Source: Octopus vulgaris (Eukaryota). From it: 124,000 nt of DNA. Below the pieces are notes generated by a model. It was not told the origin of the DNA and did no database searches. It saw only the letters and a program-made list of their open reading frames with translations. Every line of letters starts with the position of its first letter. Position 1 is the stretch's first letter. The position numbers were made by a program, and so were the translations under genes. The stretch spans positions 38,336,001 to 38,460,000 of the forward strand of contig OX597823.1 of NCBI GenBank assembly GCA_951406725.2. Direction: 5' to 3'. Positions 100,771 to 116,170 of this stretch are shown here, one piece after another.

Positions 100771-103094
100771 GCTCCAAAGCATATGAACAAAGTAATTATT
100801 ACATCAAACCTATAAAGTGCTTTTATTGTAGATGAAACTCTAGTCCACTGCATTATAAAAATTTATTATACAGAAAATGTTATATATACATTTAATGACT
100901 AATTTCTATTCCCTCTCAATTGATGTATTGAACTGAATTACTGTTAAAAAAAAAACTTTGATGGGGATACATTACATTTTATATTTGATCTGTTAAATTT
101001 ATGATATTGACTGTTATAAAATGACATTTTACACCTAATAACCTAACAAGTTTTCTTTTTAAAAATAAAGCTAATAATAGTTATTGTTAGCTGCTATGTA
101101 AAAGTAATGAAAGTGTTTTTAAATGTAGCATGGCAAAATAAAATTGTTAATAAAAATATCATGAATTTTATTTCTCCTAAATGTTTATGAATCTTTGAGA
101201 TCCGAAAGTAAATGTCTAAATTTCCATTTTTATCACCATCAACATTTTATACTGGCATTCATTTACTTCTTGGAACTTATATTGTCTTAAGTTCATTTCT
101301 ATTACAGAAATCTTTATAGATTTTATGAAGTTATTTTACATCAAGCATTTTTTTTTTATTTTACTATACCATTTGTACAGTGTTTTCTTACCTAGTTTCT
101401 ATTATTAGCAAATGTCTTATCATATCCATTTCTATACATTTGAATTAAATTTGAAACACTAATTAAAAATGATTTCATCTTAAAATTAGTGAAAAATCTT
101501 TTTTCCAATTTTTGTGGGGTGGAGTGCATGGAGTAGGAGTGGATTCGTCAAAGTATAATCAATCCCTATGTTGTTCTTGGGATGTTGTTCTTGTTACTGT
101601 ATTTTAATTGCATATTTTTTGGGCTATATAATCTCCTTTTATTTTATCTTTCAATACTTCTTTGAGGGTCTGCAAAGACTGGGAGCAGAACCACTTCTTC
101701 CAGGCTAACTCTTTAAAAATAAATAAATAAAAACCAGAAATGACTGTTCACTGTCTTGCTGCCTCTGAAGTTATAATTCTCATCTAAAGATCTTAGAAAT
101801 TACATTATTAATTTCCCCTGTATCTATAATTCAGGGATCCCTTTGATAAAATCTTGTCACAGAAGCTATTGTTGCTATAATACAATATTGTTGTTTGTAA
101901 ATCAACTTATTTCATATGTTTAATTCTCCTATATTGTAGATATAAACAAAAAATGTATACACTCTGTGAATGTCTGTTATGTTATTTGTATTGCATAAAA
102001 TTTATATTCTATCTCTCACAGGTAACAAATTAGCAGAGTTGTTAGAGCAGGGTTGTTAGAACTTTGTGGAATTTGTTCTAACTCACTGTGGTCTGAGTTC
102101 AAATCCCACCAAGGTCAACGTTGCCTCTTATTAATAAAAAAAAAATGAAACCAGGATGAGATAGACTGGTGGATCTGTGAAAATGCTTGACCAGATGACT
102201 TGTGGTTTTTGTTCCACGAGACATGTATGTGTTCTTGCAGTATTGGACTATGTGGATAGTAGGTTTACTCCATTAGTCAGTTTAACACACCACTACCTGC
102301 TACCCTTCATACCTTTAGTAGACATCTGTTTCTTTCAAGCATTTGAGTCAAGTCTCTTCCCAGCAGTCTTGGAGGCTCTGTTATAGGTCAAGGGTTCCAC
102401 CATCCTCCCTCACTATAAAATACCAACCATTATTTAGTGCTTTAACCATTTTTGTGTATTTATTTTCTTCTAATTGATTTTTCAAGAATCTTAATTTTTG
102501 TTTTTTTTTAATTTCATATTAAAATTTGCTATAACTTTAGATTTTAGGGCCAAGAAAAGAAACTTTGAAACAGCATACAGTCCTTACATAAGTTGAAAAT
102601 TTCTTACAAAATATTTTAATTTCTCTTTTGATGAGAAATTTAATATTCTTTGGGAGTTAGTTTCCTTTTCATAGATGAAATAACTATTGCTTGAAAATGA
102701 AAATGTAAGAGTTATTTTTAATTAATTCTTATATTTTAACAGTTTAAATATATTTCTCAGATGAACTGTTATTAAAATAACAAGTCAATAAAGTCAGGAG
102801 TGATAATATATATTTAGAATGAAGACATGGGTTCTGTGGTAGTGCAATGACTTAGGAAAAATCAAAGTGTTTGTTTGAAAAATCTGCTTAGAAGGATAGT
102901 ATAACTGTTAAATAATTTATAAAGCATATAAAATTGACATGATCTTGTTTCTTGTGGCCAGAAGTAGAGGTGAAATACAACTCATTGCATTATTATTTTA
103001 ATACTAACACAAAAGATTAAATTAATCATCTGATCATTTGTTACTGATCTAAAAGTAATGTAAATTATTTAAGCTGTTATGTTGTGCATGTGTG

Positions 103095-103129
<35 letters not shown>

Positions 103130-103199
103130 AACACAGTGAACTACTTGTATTTTATTTTTATTGACTTATCAAATCACTTGACATGATCACTCTGTAGTA

Positions 103200-106100
103200 G
103201 AAGATGATGGCTTAGCTTGTTGGTTCAAACAATCTTTCATTGTTTTATGAGTGAAATAATGACTTAGGTTTTCATCATCATCATTGTTATTCAGTTGAGC
103301 TTATTCAAATTTGCCCAACTCAATCATGCCACTTAATATCATGTTCCTGTAGAACATTGGGGAGATCAGCATAGCAAGAGCTCGTGTCCAAACAGAACTG
103401 GTCAATGAATGGTTTTGTTGGATACCCAACCAATGCTTATATGTCTACAAGAATAATAAATTCCTACTGAGTTCTTCAGCAATGTCATGCAAAATGTCTT
103501 TACTTTCTACAATGATATTAGTGATTTCAAGAAGACTGTCATATACAGTCTTTGCTTGGTCAGATGATTTTTCCTGGAAATATTCAGAATAATCAATACC
103601 ATGCAAATCCAGGTAAGACAAATCATGAAGCAATTTTTTGCATCCTTTTCTGTGGATGTGATATTACTGCCTAAGATAACTGTCTACCAGATTTAACTTA
103701 TGTGAACCCAACCTGTAATGCAGGAACACATGTCAGGTTGAGGCCAAACATTTGGTGTCTCACATAAGAAAAGGTACATTGCTGGTTGTTAATTAGCTGC
103801 TTTGTACACTCATGTTTATCATTGAGACATTCAGTTTGTGGTGAATCAATGTATTAGTCTCCATTATAGATGATTCAATTTTATTTGTGGTTCTCATTCA
103901 TAAGCATTGATGCTACAAAGTTTCAAATTTCCTTCAACTGTTTCCTTTGCCTTTTTCATCTGTACTTTCTTTCGTGTAGATGTGAGTAAAACAGCTATTT
104001 GAGCAACTGATAGTTCAGTATAACTTGACCAGCTCATCAAAGTTGATGTTGTGTAATCATGATTATATTGTTTGAGATATTGTGTGTTATGCCATTGAAT
104101 CTGGTATGATTTTTCTTGGCTACCTCTGGTGTTATATTTCCAGCTTGCAGATGTATTGCTTATAATTTGTTTCAGAGCTAATTAAGACATTGGGTACAAT
104201 TGCCTTAGACACCCTAAGTGTGCTTGTTTGTTTCAGATCAATGATTTTCATATACTCCTCTTCTCAGACAACCAAAGAATGCACAGGCACATTTTATCCA
104301 GTGGCATGAGTAAAACTGTTAGCAGAGGTTCATAATTTACAGAATTAACTGACTTAGTGAAAGAAAGCACTTCTCAAATGATCATGCTAATATGAAGGTT
104401 GATAGTGGAATGATTCAGCTGAGCAGTATCCTTGTTAGAATTTTTCCAGCAGTTGGAAAAAGTGAAACTCTTCTGTAGTTATAATCTCATTTGTCTTTGT
104501 CTTCCTCCTTGAAGATGGTAATAATCGTCATATCTCTGAAATCAAAAGGTATCTCTTCTTGCATTTAGATTAGCAGAAACAGTGCATGTTTTTTTTTTTT
104601 AGTGTTTCATACTCAAGTTTATATATTTCACCCAGAACCCTGTCAGACATGGGCTTCCTGTTTTTTTAATCTCTTTTTATTTCTATGGAATATGGATGGT
104701 GTTGATTTTTTGCTGTGATGTTATGGGTGCAGAAAAGCTGTTTATCATCAGTCTTTATAGCAGACCAGAGACATTTTCCTGACTGAACAGTCACAATTAA
104801 CCAAGTTGAAAATTATTTCCGTCAATTGCTGAGAGATGCTTTTACCTTTATAAGTTTTTTAAGTCTTTAAATGTGTGGATTGTCGGCCCTACTGATATGC
104901 AAGTATCATAGAGTGTTTTAATAATACTGAAGAAATCTCCCAGAAACTTTCTGGATTTTGAGATCTCTGACCTGCCACGAGTTGAGCTTCATTGCATAAG
105001 TTTGTTTCTGGACTGAAATCTTAGCTGGTAGGTTTTCCTTTTGCAGTATTCTTATAATTTTGGTAGGTATAAAAATCACTCTCTTTTTCTCCTTGATCAG
105101 TTATTTGATTTGGATATTATTTTCATGAAAACATTTTTTCTATTTTTGCTGTGAAGTCTATGGAGATACTTATCTTCAGGGTGCCTCATGTACTTTCAAC
105201 ATTATTACAATGTTCCAAGCTGATAGACAACAGTTTATCATGTAGGTGCTTCTGAAATTGCACTACTTTTGCTGTGTGAGAAAGATTTAAGTCTTGATTT
105301 TCTGATGGCATAATTTCTGCTACTTATGTCACTCTGGAGTGAGTTAAATTGCCATGTTAGATTGTATTAGGTGGTGATCTGTCCAGAATTGTCAATGCCT
105401 GTCATGACAAATGTTAGATGCACATCCTTGTAATCATAGGTCCATGCAATGACATAGTTAATCATATGCTAAGTACTTTGATCTTGGATACTGTTAGAAA
105501 CACTTGTGTATATTTGTTGAAAAAAGTGTGTAATAACTAAGTTGTACTCCTCACATCTACTTAGAAGCAGTATATTTGATAGCTTTCCTGTGGCTTCCTT
105601 TCCACTTATGTCATTCTAGAGGTTTAAATCTTTGTTGCTGAAGTCATTCACTATGATAATTTAGATTGTATCATGATATTCTGTACAGAATACTCTGTGT
105701 TACTATAAAATTCTTCTTTATCTTCTGTGTTTGCATCAAGTGTGAAGCACATTTCTACTGGTGACTGTTGCATTTGTGTTAGAGCCACCAAGCTTTAGGC
105801 AGAGAATCAGCAGTCTTTCACTGATGCCAATAGGTTGTTCATATAACCTTCCAGTCAGATCATTGTGGATTGCACAGTCTGTTCCACATGAAGTGAACAG
105901 CTATTTGAAGAGAGAACTTAAGAAGGAACAAACAGCTGTCAACCAAGAACTGATGCCATGGCCATTTCAAAGACTTGGTTAATTATAATTAAGCAACCAA
106001 AGAAAGATCTTTGGACAACATTGCATAATGACCAATGACCAATGATGTACTACCTGGCATTGTAGAAATCTCCACCCCAAAATACAATCCATTCCATAAA

Positions 106101-106830
106101 AGAATAAGGCACTCAAGTCTGTCTGGATTTTGGCTGAAATATATAAACTTATGCATCATCAGCTAACCTTGTCTTAGTAAGGAGCATAGTGTCAATGTTG
106201 AAGCATGCCAATTCTCTTGAAATAAGTATTACCCATCATTCTGGTTGAAAGCTGTTTGGCTTCTCAATAAAGATTTAAATGTTCTTAGATCCAACTCATA
106301 TTATCTATCATTTCTTTTATCTACATAAAGATGACTCTTCTGGATGTAGAAGTCCTTTTGGACAACTAGGACAGGCTGTGCTTCAGAAATTTTTTGTAAC
106401 CTCTTCCCAGTGCAAGATTAGTGGGGCAGATCACAGGAAGAAGTGTTAAGACAGTTTCAGCTGCCAAATGATAATTCTATCTTTATTTAAATGTCTGATA
106501 AACATCATTTGATTGCTACTTCCCTATTTTTTATGTTTAGGGTCTTCCACATGGTGTAATCTGTGAGCTAGTGGTTGTCATTAACAAATGACAGCTCACA
106601 GGTACACTATAGCTTCTCACTATGTTTTCTATTATATAATAGCTTCTACAGTTCTGTATACCACTACCATTGTCACCCAACTCACCTCTCTTCTTTTTGC
106701 CATCCCTCACTGTTTCAACTAGAATCCTTTGATCAATTATCTGTTTGACTGGGGCAACCCTGGGTCTAAACAACTACTTTACAATGAGTTCTGTCTGGAA
106801 AGCAAAAAGGAAACTACTTTAAGACTTGCA
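103200..106830 (-). mobile_element. Heavily decayed RTE (BovB-like) LINE
   Basis: FNIDTMLLTKTRLADD (compare NIDIAALSETRLADEG) near 106.2 kb; decayed RT C-terminus near 103.3-103.5 kb. Confidence 0.6.
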
Positions 106831-107108
106831 ATAAAATAGTTCTTAAAAGTCTGAACATTGATATTTTTTATAGAAGTGGGAGACAGTAGTTGAAAACCAT
106901 ACTCTTTATTATTTTTGACTGAAGCCAAAGCTACTTAACAAATAGAGTTATATGAAAATGTAACTGCAGCAAGCTGCTTTTAAGGAGGATCACCAATACC
107001 GCCATACTTGACTTGGGAAGAAGTAGTTTCATTGCAATCATTGTCTAGACATGTTTTTGTTATTTACATCAGAATTATTGAGAGAGAGATTGAGAGAGAG
107101 AGAGAGAG

Positions 107109-107173
<65 letters not shown>

Positions 107174-110100
107174 ATCACACAGTTATTCAATTTCAAATTT
107201 TTATTTATTTATTTTTCTTGTAACGTATAATTTTCAGACCTGAAACATTTCCACAGTTGAGTAAGTAGATAAAAAATGTACAAAAACAAAGCAAGAAATA
107301 ATAGCCCTTTTTTATGATTATAGCTACATGTTGTATCAACAGGGCTGAAAAGAAATGAGGTTAAATTTCATAAACTAAAAATGTACTGTAAATATAAACC
107401 CGCCATCTGATTTTAAAATTTTTTCAAATATTTAGTTGTAATTTATAGATTATTATATATATGTGAGCATGTGTGTGTGTGTATGATTAACATCCACTTT
107501 CCAAGTTAGTATGGCTTTAACTTATATGTGGCAGGATGTTATGGTTGAATACTCTTCCTTTACATGTTTTTCAAGTAAGGGATTTTTTCCTTTATTCCAT
107601 AAGCATTGAGTGGCCAGTCATAATGTCAAGAAGGAATGTAGATATCACAGTTTCACTCAGTCAGTGACTAATAAACCATGGAATATTAACATTCATGTAT
107701 GTGCTTGCACACACACACACAACACAACACATGCCATATGACTTATTTCTTATGATTTCCCATTGACTTGGGGCATTCTTGTAGTTTCCATTAGTTGCTT
107801 TGGGGTAATATTAGATGTCATTTGATCAAAGTGCTACACAGTGCAACAGAGCCTAAAACAATGTTGTCATGAAGTGAATTTGTTAACCCCCCCCTCCCAC
107901 ACACACACACATACTGAGAGAGAGGGGGAGATTGCTAAAAATATCATCTTTATTGTCTTTAGTTTCAGTGACTTTGATTTTATGCTATTTCATTGCATGA
108001 AATCACTAAATAATGTATTTTAATGTAAAATATTTATGTAGAATATTGGTTGCCATTTACGGAAAGTAAGAAAACTGCAAAAGAATGAAACAGTAGATTT
108101 TAGAAACTTCTTACTAATTAAATCATTATTACTATTCTGTGCTGTTTCTATTTTTAAATTTGAACCATTGCAAGTGACTTTATGACCCAATCAACTAGTT
108201 TTTCATTAAATTAAAAAAGGCATGTTATTATATTTTGCATGTAAAGCTGGTACTCCATGTAAAATTGGTGGAAATAAGATATTTTTTATAAGAATATGTG
108301 ACAGGATTTAATGAAAGAGGTATCAAGAGTTGATTATTGATAATAATTGATAGAGAAGATGAAAAAAGACTGAGAAATGTTCAGTTATATGTGGTTTAAA
108401 AGATTTCAGTATTTCTTTAAAACTGAGAACAAATAGTAACCTGTCTAAAATCACGAGGTAGTGAGTTTAATTCTTGGAGCAGGCTGTGTGTTGTGTTCTT
108501 GAGCAAGACACTTTATTTTATGTTGCTCCAGTTCACTCAGCTGTAGAAATGAGTTGTGACATCACTAGTGCCAAGCTGTATTGGCCTTTGCCTTTCCCTT
108601 AGATAACATCAGTAGCATGGAAAGAGGAGACTGGTATGCATGAGCGACTGCTGGTCTTCCATAAACAACCTTACCCAGACGTGTACCTTTGTAGTAGCTT
108701 TTTAGGTGCAGTCCCATGGTCATTCATGACTGAAAGATGTCTACCCTTTATCCATGCCACCATAGAGAAATAGGCATAAAAACCATTCGTGTATTGATCT
108801 TATTTAAGAGCAATTGATTTGGGTATTGAAAAATACCAAACTCTTTGTCAGTTGGATCTCCTACTTGTGTGCTACTCTCTTTTCTGGATAAGTTAAGAGA
108901 TATAAACTTACAACTGTTTACCTATTTTTTTGTCATGACATATCAAACTTTTGATATTAATAAATATTTAGTGTCTCTGCAACATCTTTGTTAAATATTT
109001 CCCCAACCCTAATATTGTTGTTATCCTCAAATATCATTTATTTGCACAAGCCAATCAAAATTGTACATTGTAAGTTTACGGAGAAATGTGTAGATTAAAC
109101 ATATATTGTATTGTTTTATAAGTACTCACTGAAATGTGTCATTTTATTCCACATCTTCACCAATTTCTCTGACTCCACCTGAGCTAGCCACATTACTCCT
109201 ATTCTGCCAGACACCTTTTTCTGTCTCTCAGTACAACTCCCCCATTAATTGAGGCATCATGTCTTGCAAGTTACTTGGTGACGTCACTGCTATTGGTACA
109301 ACATAAAAAGCACCCAGTACACTTTTTTAAGATGTTGGCATTAGGAAGGGCATTTAGCCATAGAAATCATGCTAAAGCAAACAGCAGCGCTTGGTGCTGT
109401 CTTTTGACTTGCCAGTTCTGTCAAACTGTCCAACCCATGTCAGCATGGAATGCAAACATTAAATGATGATGATATGAAGTTGCTTGTCTTTCATTAATTG
109501 TTCAGTGTTTCCTGCTGTAGTTGAACAATTCAATAAATTCTTGTTTGGTTGAATGTCAACCCAGCAGAATCTTGGAAAATAAATTGTATAGAGTAGTTAG
109601 AATTTAACATTCTGCCCTAAGTAATGTATGAATAGTGATATTTTATACAGTTGAGTAACAAAATATAAACTCCTCAAGTCAGTGTTGTCAAGGTGTTGTT
109701 CTTAGTCAACACCACTGAAGAGCAGTGACATAGATGTTAAGCCTCTAGTTCAGTAGATCACAACCATTTTTTATCTATGGACTCCTTTGATTCCTATTTT
109801 ATTCTGGTGTATCTCCATAGCCATTTAATGTTTAAAAACTAGTTTTACAGATACTTCTTTCAAAATTCCTATTTTGCTGTCCACTCATTAACTTGTGTAG
109901 GTTGAACTATGTAAAATGTTTGAGAAAGAAATTTAGCTATTTATTGCAATAAATACATCTAAATCAAAATGTTTTCATGGTCTCTTAATATACTACTGTG
110001 GGTCCCCAATTTTGCCTGTGAGGACCCCCAAAAGTCTTATATGGACCCCTAGGGTCATATGGACTGTGGTTAAGAACCACTGCTTTAGTTGGCTTTACTG

Positions 110101-113082
110101 GTACTAACCAGCTCATCTTTTGTGTACATACTAACTTTAGATTTGGGATTTTAAATGGATGAAAAATAACTGAGTTTGAGGTGGAAGATTAGGTTACTAA
110201 ATCAAATTACATAGAATTCCTCCTTGCTTGTTTGTGATTATGTAGATTATATTGGTGGTGACTTTACAGTTTTTTTGAGGTTTTGTGTTTGTTGTGTGTT
110301 TGATTTTATTATTTTGCATAATGAAATTTTTGTTAGTCATTTTAAAATTGTTTTCCAATATCTTATATTTGATTTATTTCGATGTCTTTAATAGCAGCCC
110401 AAAGATTATGATGTAACCTTTAATAGTAACCACCAGGTCATGATGTATCTTTTAGTGGCAACCATATCAGATCTACACTTATTTAAATAAAAGTAACTTA
110501 TCTTATCTATCAACTTCATTTGCAAATAAGGTGTTTACCTTTATTTCTTAATAAAATTCCATTTTTTTAGAATTTGACAAAATATGGGAAGTTTGCTTAG
110601 AAAATTTTTCTTTAATCCAAATTAGACTAATACCTTTATTTTTATCACTTTAATTGCAATTTTATTTTAGCATTTAATTCATTGAATAATATAAAGAAAA
110701 TTGTTTAGTATTAAACCACATTTTGTGACAATGGAATAAAAATATAGAAAATTGAAAGTAATTACTGATTGTTTTACTTCAGTTAAAAATACTAAAACTC
110801 ATTGACTTCTCACTATTTCTCTCTCTCTTTCTCTCTCTCTCTACATCCTGTAACTAATCAATAAAATTGTAATCAGTAATTTTGAACAGCAAATATGAAA
110901 TTGTAAACATCAAGGAGAAAAACAAAACAAAACAGCCATCTACAAAATTGCTGCTTTTTTCATTTCATAAATGTAATATACACATTGTCTTATAGCTTTC
111001 CAAAAAGTTTTTATCATTATATTAGCAAATAATACAATATTTGTAAAACATTTCAAGATATCCGAGTATCAGTTTCTATTACCATTAATAATTAATACAT
111101 GGATGTTTTAGCTTGAATAAATTTGATAGATCTGTTTGGAAATATTTGATTTTTTTTATCAACATATACTCACAACTGCTCTATTGTTAAAATATGTACT
111201 AATCTAGATAACAGTGACAGGTCAATTAAATTCAAAATATTATTCAGTGAAAATTATGCCATTTATGAAACTTTTCGATGTACCAGTGAATGTTTTATAA
111301 TACTATAGAAATGTAGATAAAAAATATGGCTGCTTATGTTAAAGAAATATTTTGTATATTATTTTGAAAATAACTCTTCTTTTTTGTTTTATTAATTAAA
111401 TTATTTAAATATATTATTTGTCAATTAGCATTAAATTATAAACAAATAAACTGGTCATTTTTATAAAATAAAGCAATATCATATATTAATTTTATAAATG
111501 TTTATCTTAATATTTAAAAATTAATCTTAATCATTTAGTCTCACTGAATATAAATAAGGTTTTAAGAATTTTTTTCTAAAAAAATAATCACAAATAGAAT
111601 AGCAATACTTTTGTGAGATTAGTACAGTTGATGGTTGTTACTAAACTTCTGGAGGTTAATGTCCGAGAGAAACTCATGTCCAGAGAAAGAATTTCAGAGA
111701 TTTGCCAGTCTGGGAAGGAATAATTATAAAATTGTTCAGTAGATGGTTTGAGCAATGAGACAGTATAGAGGTGGGAGTCTTGGGTGAGACTTAATGGAGT
111801 TATTTGTACACTATACTACTTTAGAGGAATTAATAAAAAAAAGAAAAACTAGATTTTAATTGAAGATAATTTCCTATTGTAATGATTATTTATGTGTTTT
111901 TCTTAAATCATAAAAGAACCACTGATAAATTACCAGTTAACTCAATATTGATATGTATGTTTACTTTCTCTTCTCACTATAAATTTAATAGTTGTTTCTT
112001 ATAAGGTGTTTGTATATTTAAAAACTAACTATAAACTTAAAGAGGGCACAGTGTGAAAGAAAAAATGCAGGTCAAATGTCTTGATAAAAAGTCTTTTATA
112101 AAATCTAGAATTTTGCTTCAGTTTCCAGTTAGGACTGCTTAATTTTGGCTTGGTAAGCTCGGAGGAGAGTATCAAAACTGTAACTTCACAAATATTTCAT
112201 ACCTCTTTAAAATGAATTATTTATTTACATTGTTGTTGTTTGTTCCTTCTTGAGCCATGCCTGGCTCATAAGGGTCAGTTTCTCGGTTTCATTGGTGTAT
112301 AGGTTCCCCAACTGGACAGGATACTGATCTATCACAGGTGAGCTGGTAGATGCAGGAGGAAAGATTCTATGGCTGGATGCCCTTCCTAACACCAAGCACT
112401 CTGAGAGTGTAATGGGTGCTCTTACGTGCTGCCAGCATGGGTGCCAGCTGTGTGACACTAGTATCTGCCATGGCTACAATTTCACGTGGCTTGATGGATC
112501 TTCCTTCTCAAGTACAGCATATTGCCAAAGGTCTCAGTCATTTGTCATTGCCTCTGTTTTTAATTTCTTTAGGTCATCAGTCCAAATTAAAAATTAATTT
112601 TTGTAGGATTTAATCAGTGTATTACCATTCATAAATCATTGACAACGACATAAAAATGCCAAATTGCAGAAATGCGATGGGTTGATATACTAAAAATCAC
112701 TATCATTGTGGTCTCTTAAGGTGGTGATTTGACAGAGTCATTAGCACACCAGACAAAATGCTTAGTGGAATTTTATCCATCCTTACATTCTGAGTTCAAA
112801 TTCTATTGAGGTCAGCTTTGCCTTTCATCTTTTCAATTTTGATAAAATAAGTACCATTTGAGCACTGGGGTTGATGTAGTCAACTTATCCCCTCCCTCAA
112901 AATTGTTGGCCTTGTGCCAAAATTTGAAACCAGTATTATTGTGGTCTGTACCTAATTCCATAAATTTTAAAGTAAATGTGCAGAATTAATAGAAAAGTCA
113001 TAATTTTAATCACGAAAGCAACTGAAGGTATCAAATTGGTCGATAATATTGTTTTAGGGAAAGTTATTAAGGATGAATATTA

Positions 113083-116000
113083 TGATTGATTGATTGATTG
113101 ATTGATTCTAGTTTCAGCTTATGAGCTGTGGCCATGCTGGGGCACCGCCATTTGGTGTTGCTACTTGGTTTCACTTCATGGAGGCTTTCTAGCAACTGCT
113201 ATTTGGTGCATGAGAGAGTTCGATGCAGCTGCCCTCATCTGCCCCTCCTGCCGTGAAGTTGGTTCATCTGGGACACCTGACAGGAAGAGATCCAGCTCCA
113301 TTTTAAAGACATTTGTATCCACCCCATGCAGGTCTCTCAGGTTCTTCGGGAGGATATTGAAGAGCTGTGGGCCTCGGAAGCCCAGGCTATCACAGAATCT
113401 TGTCCTACATCTTGATGGCAGGTTTGGAGTCCTAGGCACCACGCAGTGGCGCCCAGTTCTGGCATTTGCGTAACTCTCGATGCCAAAGTTCAGGACACTT
113501 CCCTCCAGGATCTTCCAGATGTATATTATGGCATATCTTTCCCGCCTACGCTCCAGGGAATATAATTTTAATCTCTGAGTCTTTCCCAGTAGCTTACATT
113601 CTGCATAGAGGCTATCTTCTTTGTGTAGCTTCGTTGGATCGCCTCAAGTTCTGTGATCAACTTGACACTGGATGGTGACCATAGCTGAGAGCAATAGTCA
113701 AAGTGGCTTAGGACAAGTGTCTTCCAGAGGACCATCATGGTTTCTTGTTCTCTTGTTCTAAAGGTTCTAAGAATCCATCCAGCCAGCCGTCTACATTTCA
113801 TTGTCAGTTTAGCAACATGTACATGAAAGGTCGCGTCATCACTCATGTGAATACCAAGGTCACGCACTGATTGTGCCTCTGGGATTGCAATCCCTCCGGG
113901 TCCAGTGTATTCATTGGGTATTGCATTCAGTTTTGCATGCTGATAGTATAAAGCTTGAAACTTTCCAGCATTGAACTGCATGCTATTCTTTTCAGCCCAC
114001 TTGTATATTTCGTCCAGCTCACATTGCAGGTGTTTAGTGTCCTCAGGGTTCTGTATTGCCTGTGAGACTTTTGTATCATCTGCATAACTTGTGATCGTGG
114101 CTCTCTGCGTGGCTGAGGGCATGTCTGAGAGGGCCATTATGAACAGTAGTGGTCCCAGAACAGTGCCCTGCGGAACACCGCTCACTATTTGTGTGTTAAT
114201 GGAGGTGGCCCCATTGGCTACTACCACCTGACTTCTATCCTTCAGAAAGTCATGAAGCCATTCTCCCAGTTTTCCAACTATGTTGAGATCACGCAGTTTG
114301 TGACATATCATTCCATGATCGACTTTATCAAAGGCCTTTGCAAAGTCGAGATATATCACTTCCACATTTGAGTGGTTGAGCAGCCGTTTCAGCACCCAGT
114401 CATAGTGTTGTAGGAGCTGAGTTAAACAGCTTCTCCCTGGTCGGAAACCATGTTGGGTGTCGGGCAGCAGGTCATTCTCTTCAAGGAAGGTGATCAGCTT
114501 CCTTCTGACTATTCGTTCCATGACCTTGCTGATGTGTGAGGTCAGAGAGATAGGTCTATAGTTCTTGGCTTCCGCTCTGCTACCTCCTTTATGAATGGGG
114601 CATATTTTACCTTCCTTCAGTTTTCCTGGAAGTTTGCCAGCTGCAAGGAAGCTCTGAAAGAGGAACTGCAGTGGTCTTGCTAGGACTCTCTTACATGCTT
114701 TTAGGAGGATTGCCGGGAATCCATCGGGGCCAGAAGCTGAGTCTGTTTTCATTTCATCTATAGCCTTGGTTACATCGTCTTCCTTTATATCGATGTAATC
114801 TATCGTCGCCGCCTCTGATTTTATATCTGCAGTGGTAAAAAAGTCAGTTGGATTGGTGATTTGGAGATGCCCAAGGGGTGGAGTGAAAACACTCTTGAAT
114901 TGCTCATTCAGTATTTCACTTACCCTCATTGGTTTTCCTGTAAGTGTGCCATCCTTTTCAAGGAGTGGCCCTATTCTACAGTGCACTGTAGCTGTTTCTT
115001 TGGCATACCTGTAGAAAGCTCTGGGGTTAGATTTTATGTTTTCTATAGCCCAGGCTTCTTTGTCTGCTCTTTCTTTTTCATGGGAGAGTTGCAGACATTT
115101 TTCGATTTCCAACAGTTTTATTTTTAGGCGGGACTTTTCACTACTTTCAATCTGTTTGTTTAGGCGATTTGAAAATTTCGTACACCGTCTCATTAAAATT
115201 TTCCTCTCTCTGGGGATTTTGTTGTTGTGTACAGTGGCCTTTCTCTCTGGGACACATTTGTAGCATATGGCTTGCATTACAGACATGAATTGTTGAAGTT
115301 TCACATCGATGTCTGGCGAGGAGAGACATTCAGGCCAGTTTTGTTTGAGGATCTCTTTTCAATTTGTTTCCAGTTTGCCTTATGGTAGTTCAAGCTGGAA
115401 AGATTTTGAGGGTTTCTTGTAGGCTGCATGTCCGTGCTCTCTTTTGGCCCGTACATGGTCAGCTCTATCATGTTGTGATCCGAGAGTAGTGTCGGTGTCA
115501 CTTTCACATTATGGATGAGATCCATGTCATTTGTGAAGCAGAGATCCAGTGTGTTACCTGCCCTGGTTGGTTGGAGTATTACCTGCTCCATGTACAGGGT
115601 GTTGATGAGGTTCAGGAGGGACCTCGCCTGTCCTCGTTCACATCTTGTCATTCCTGGGAGAGAAAGGCCCTCGGGCCATCTGACATTGGGCAGATTGAAG
115701 TCTCCCATAAGAAGCACACCTATGTGTTGTTCTAATGTGGTTAGAATTTCTTCTATTTTTATAAGGCAGTCTTCGAACTTGCCCACATGGCTTGGGGCAT
115801 CTGGAGGGCGATATGTAGCACACACAACTACATCAAGTTGCCTAATATGTACAATTAGTGTGTCACACACCGAGTTTGAGTATGACAAGAGGACCTGGGG
115901 TGTGAGGTCCTCACGGATGTACATAGCAACACCTCCATGACTCCTTTCTTTCCTGTCGGTCCGTAGTACAGCATACTGTGGTATGTGTAACTCCGCATCT

Positions 116001-116170
116001 GCTATGTCCGGTTTCAGGTGCGTTTCTGTAAGTGCTATGCATAAGGCTTGATTGCATGCAACAAAGTCTCTCAGGAACGGGATCTTTGTCCTGTTACTGA
116101 GTGTTTGCAGTCCTCTGATGTTCAGTAGGAGTATCGAGGTGAGGTGTACGTTGTTGCCGGCGGTGTCCAT
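113083..116170 (-). mobile_element. Near-identical 5'-truncated copy of the 73957 LINE, ORF2 only, with two 1-nt deletions
   Basis: Colinear with 73957-77043; frameshifts at about 113576 and 115358; (AATC)n tail. Confidence 0.95.

Noticed and set aside
107238-107260. 23 nt micro-exon with ttttcag acceptor and gtaagt donor
   Set aside because: Not frame-preserving and no independent support; could only be non-coding
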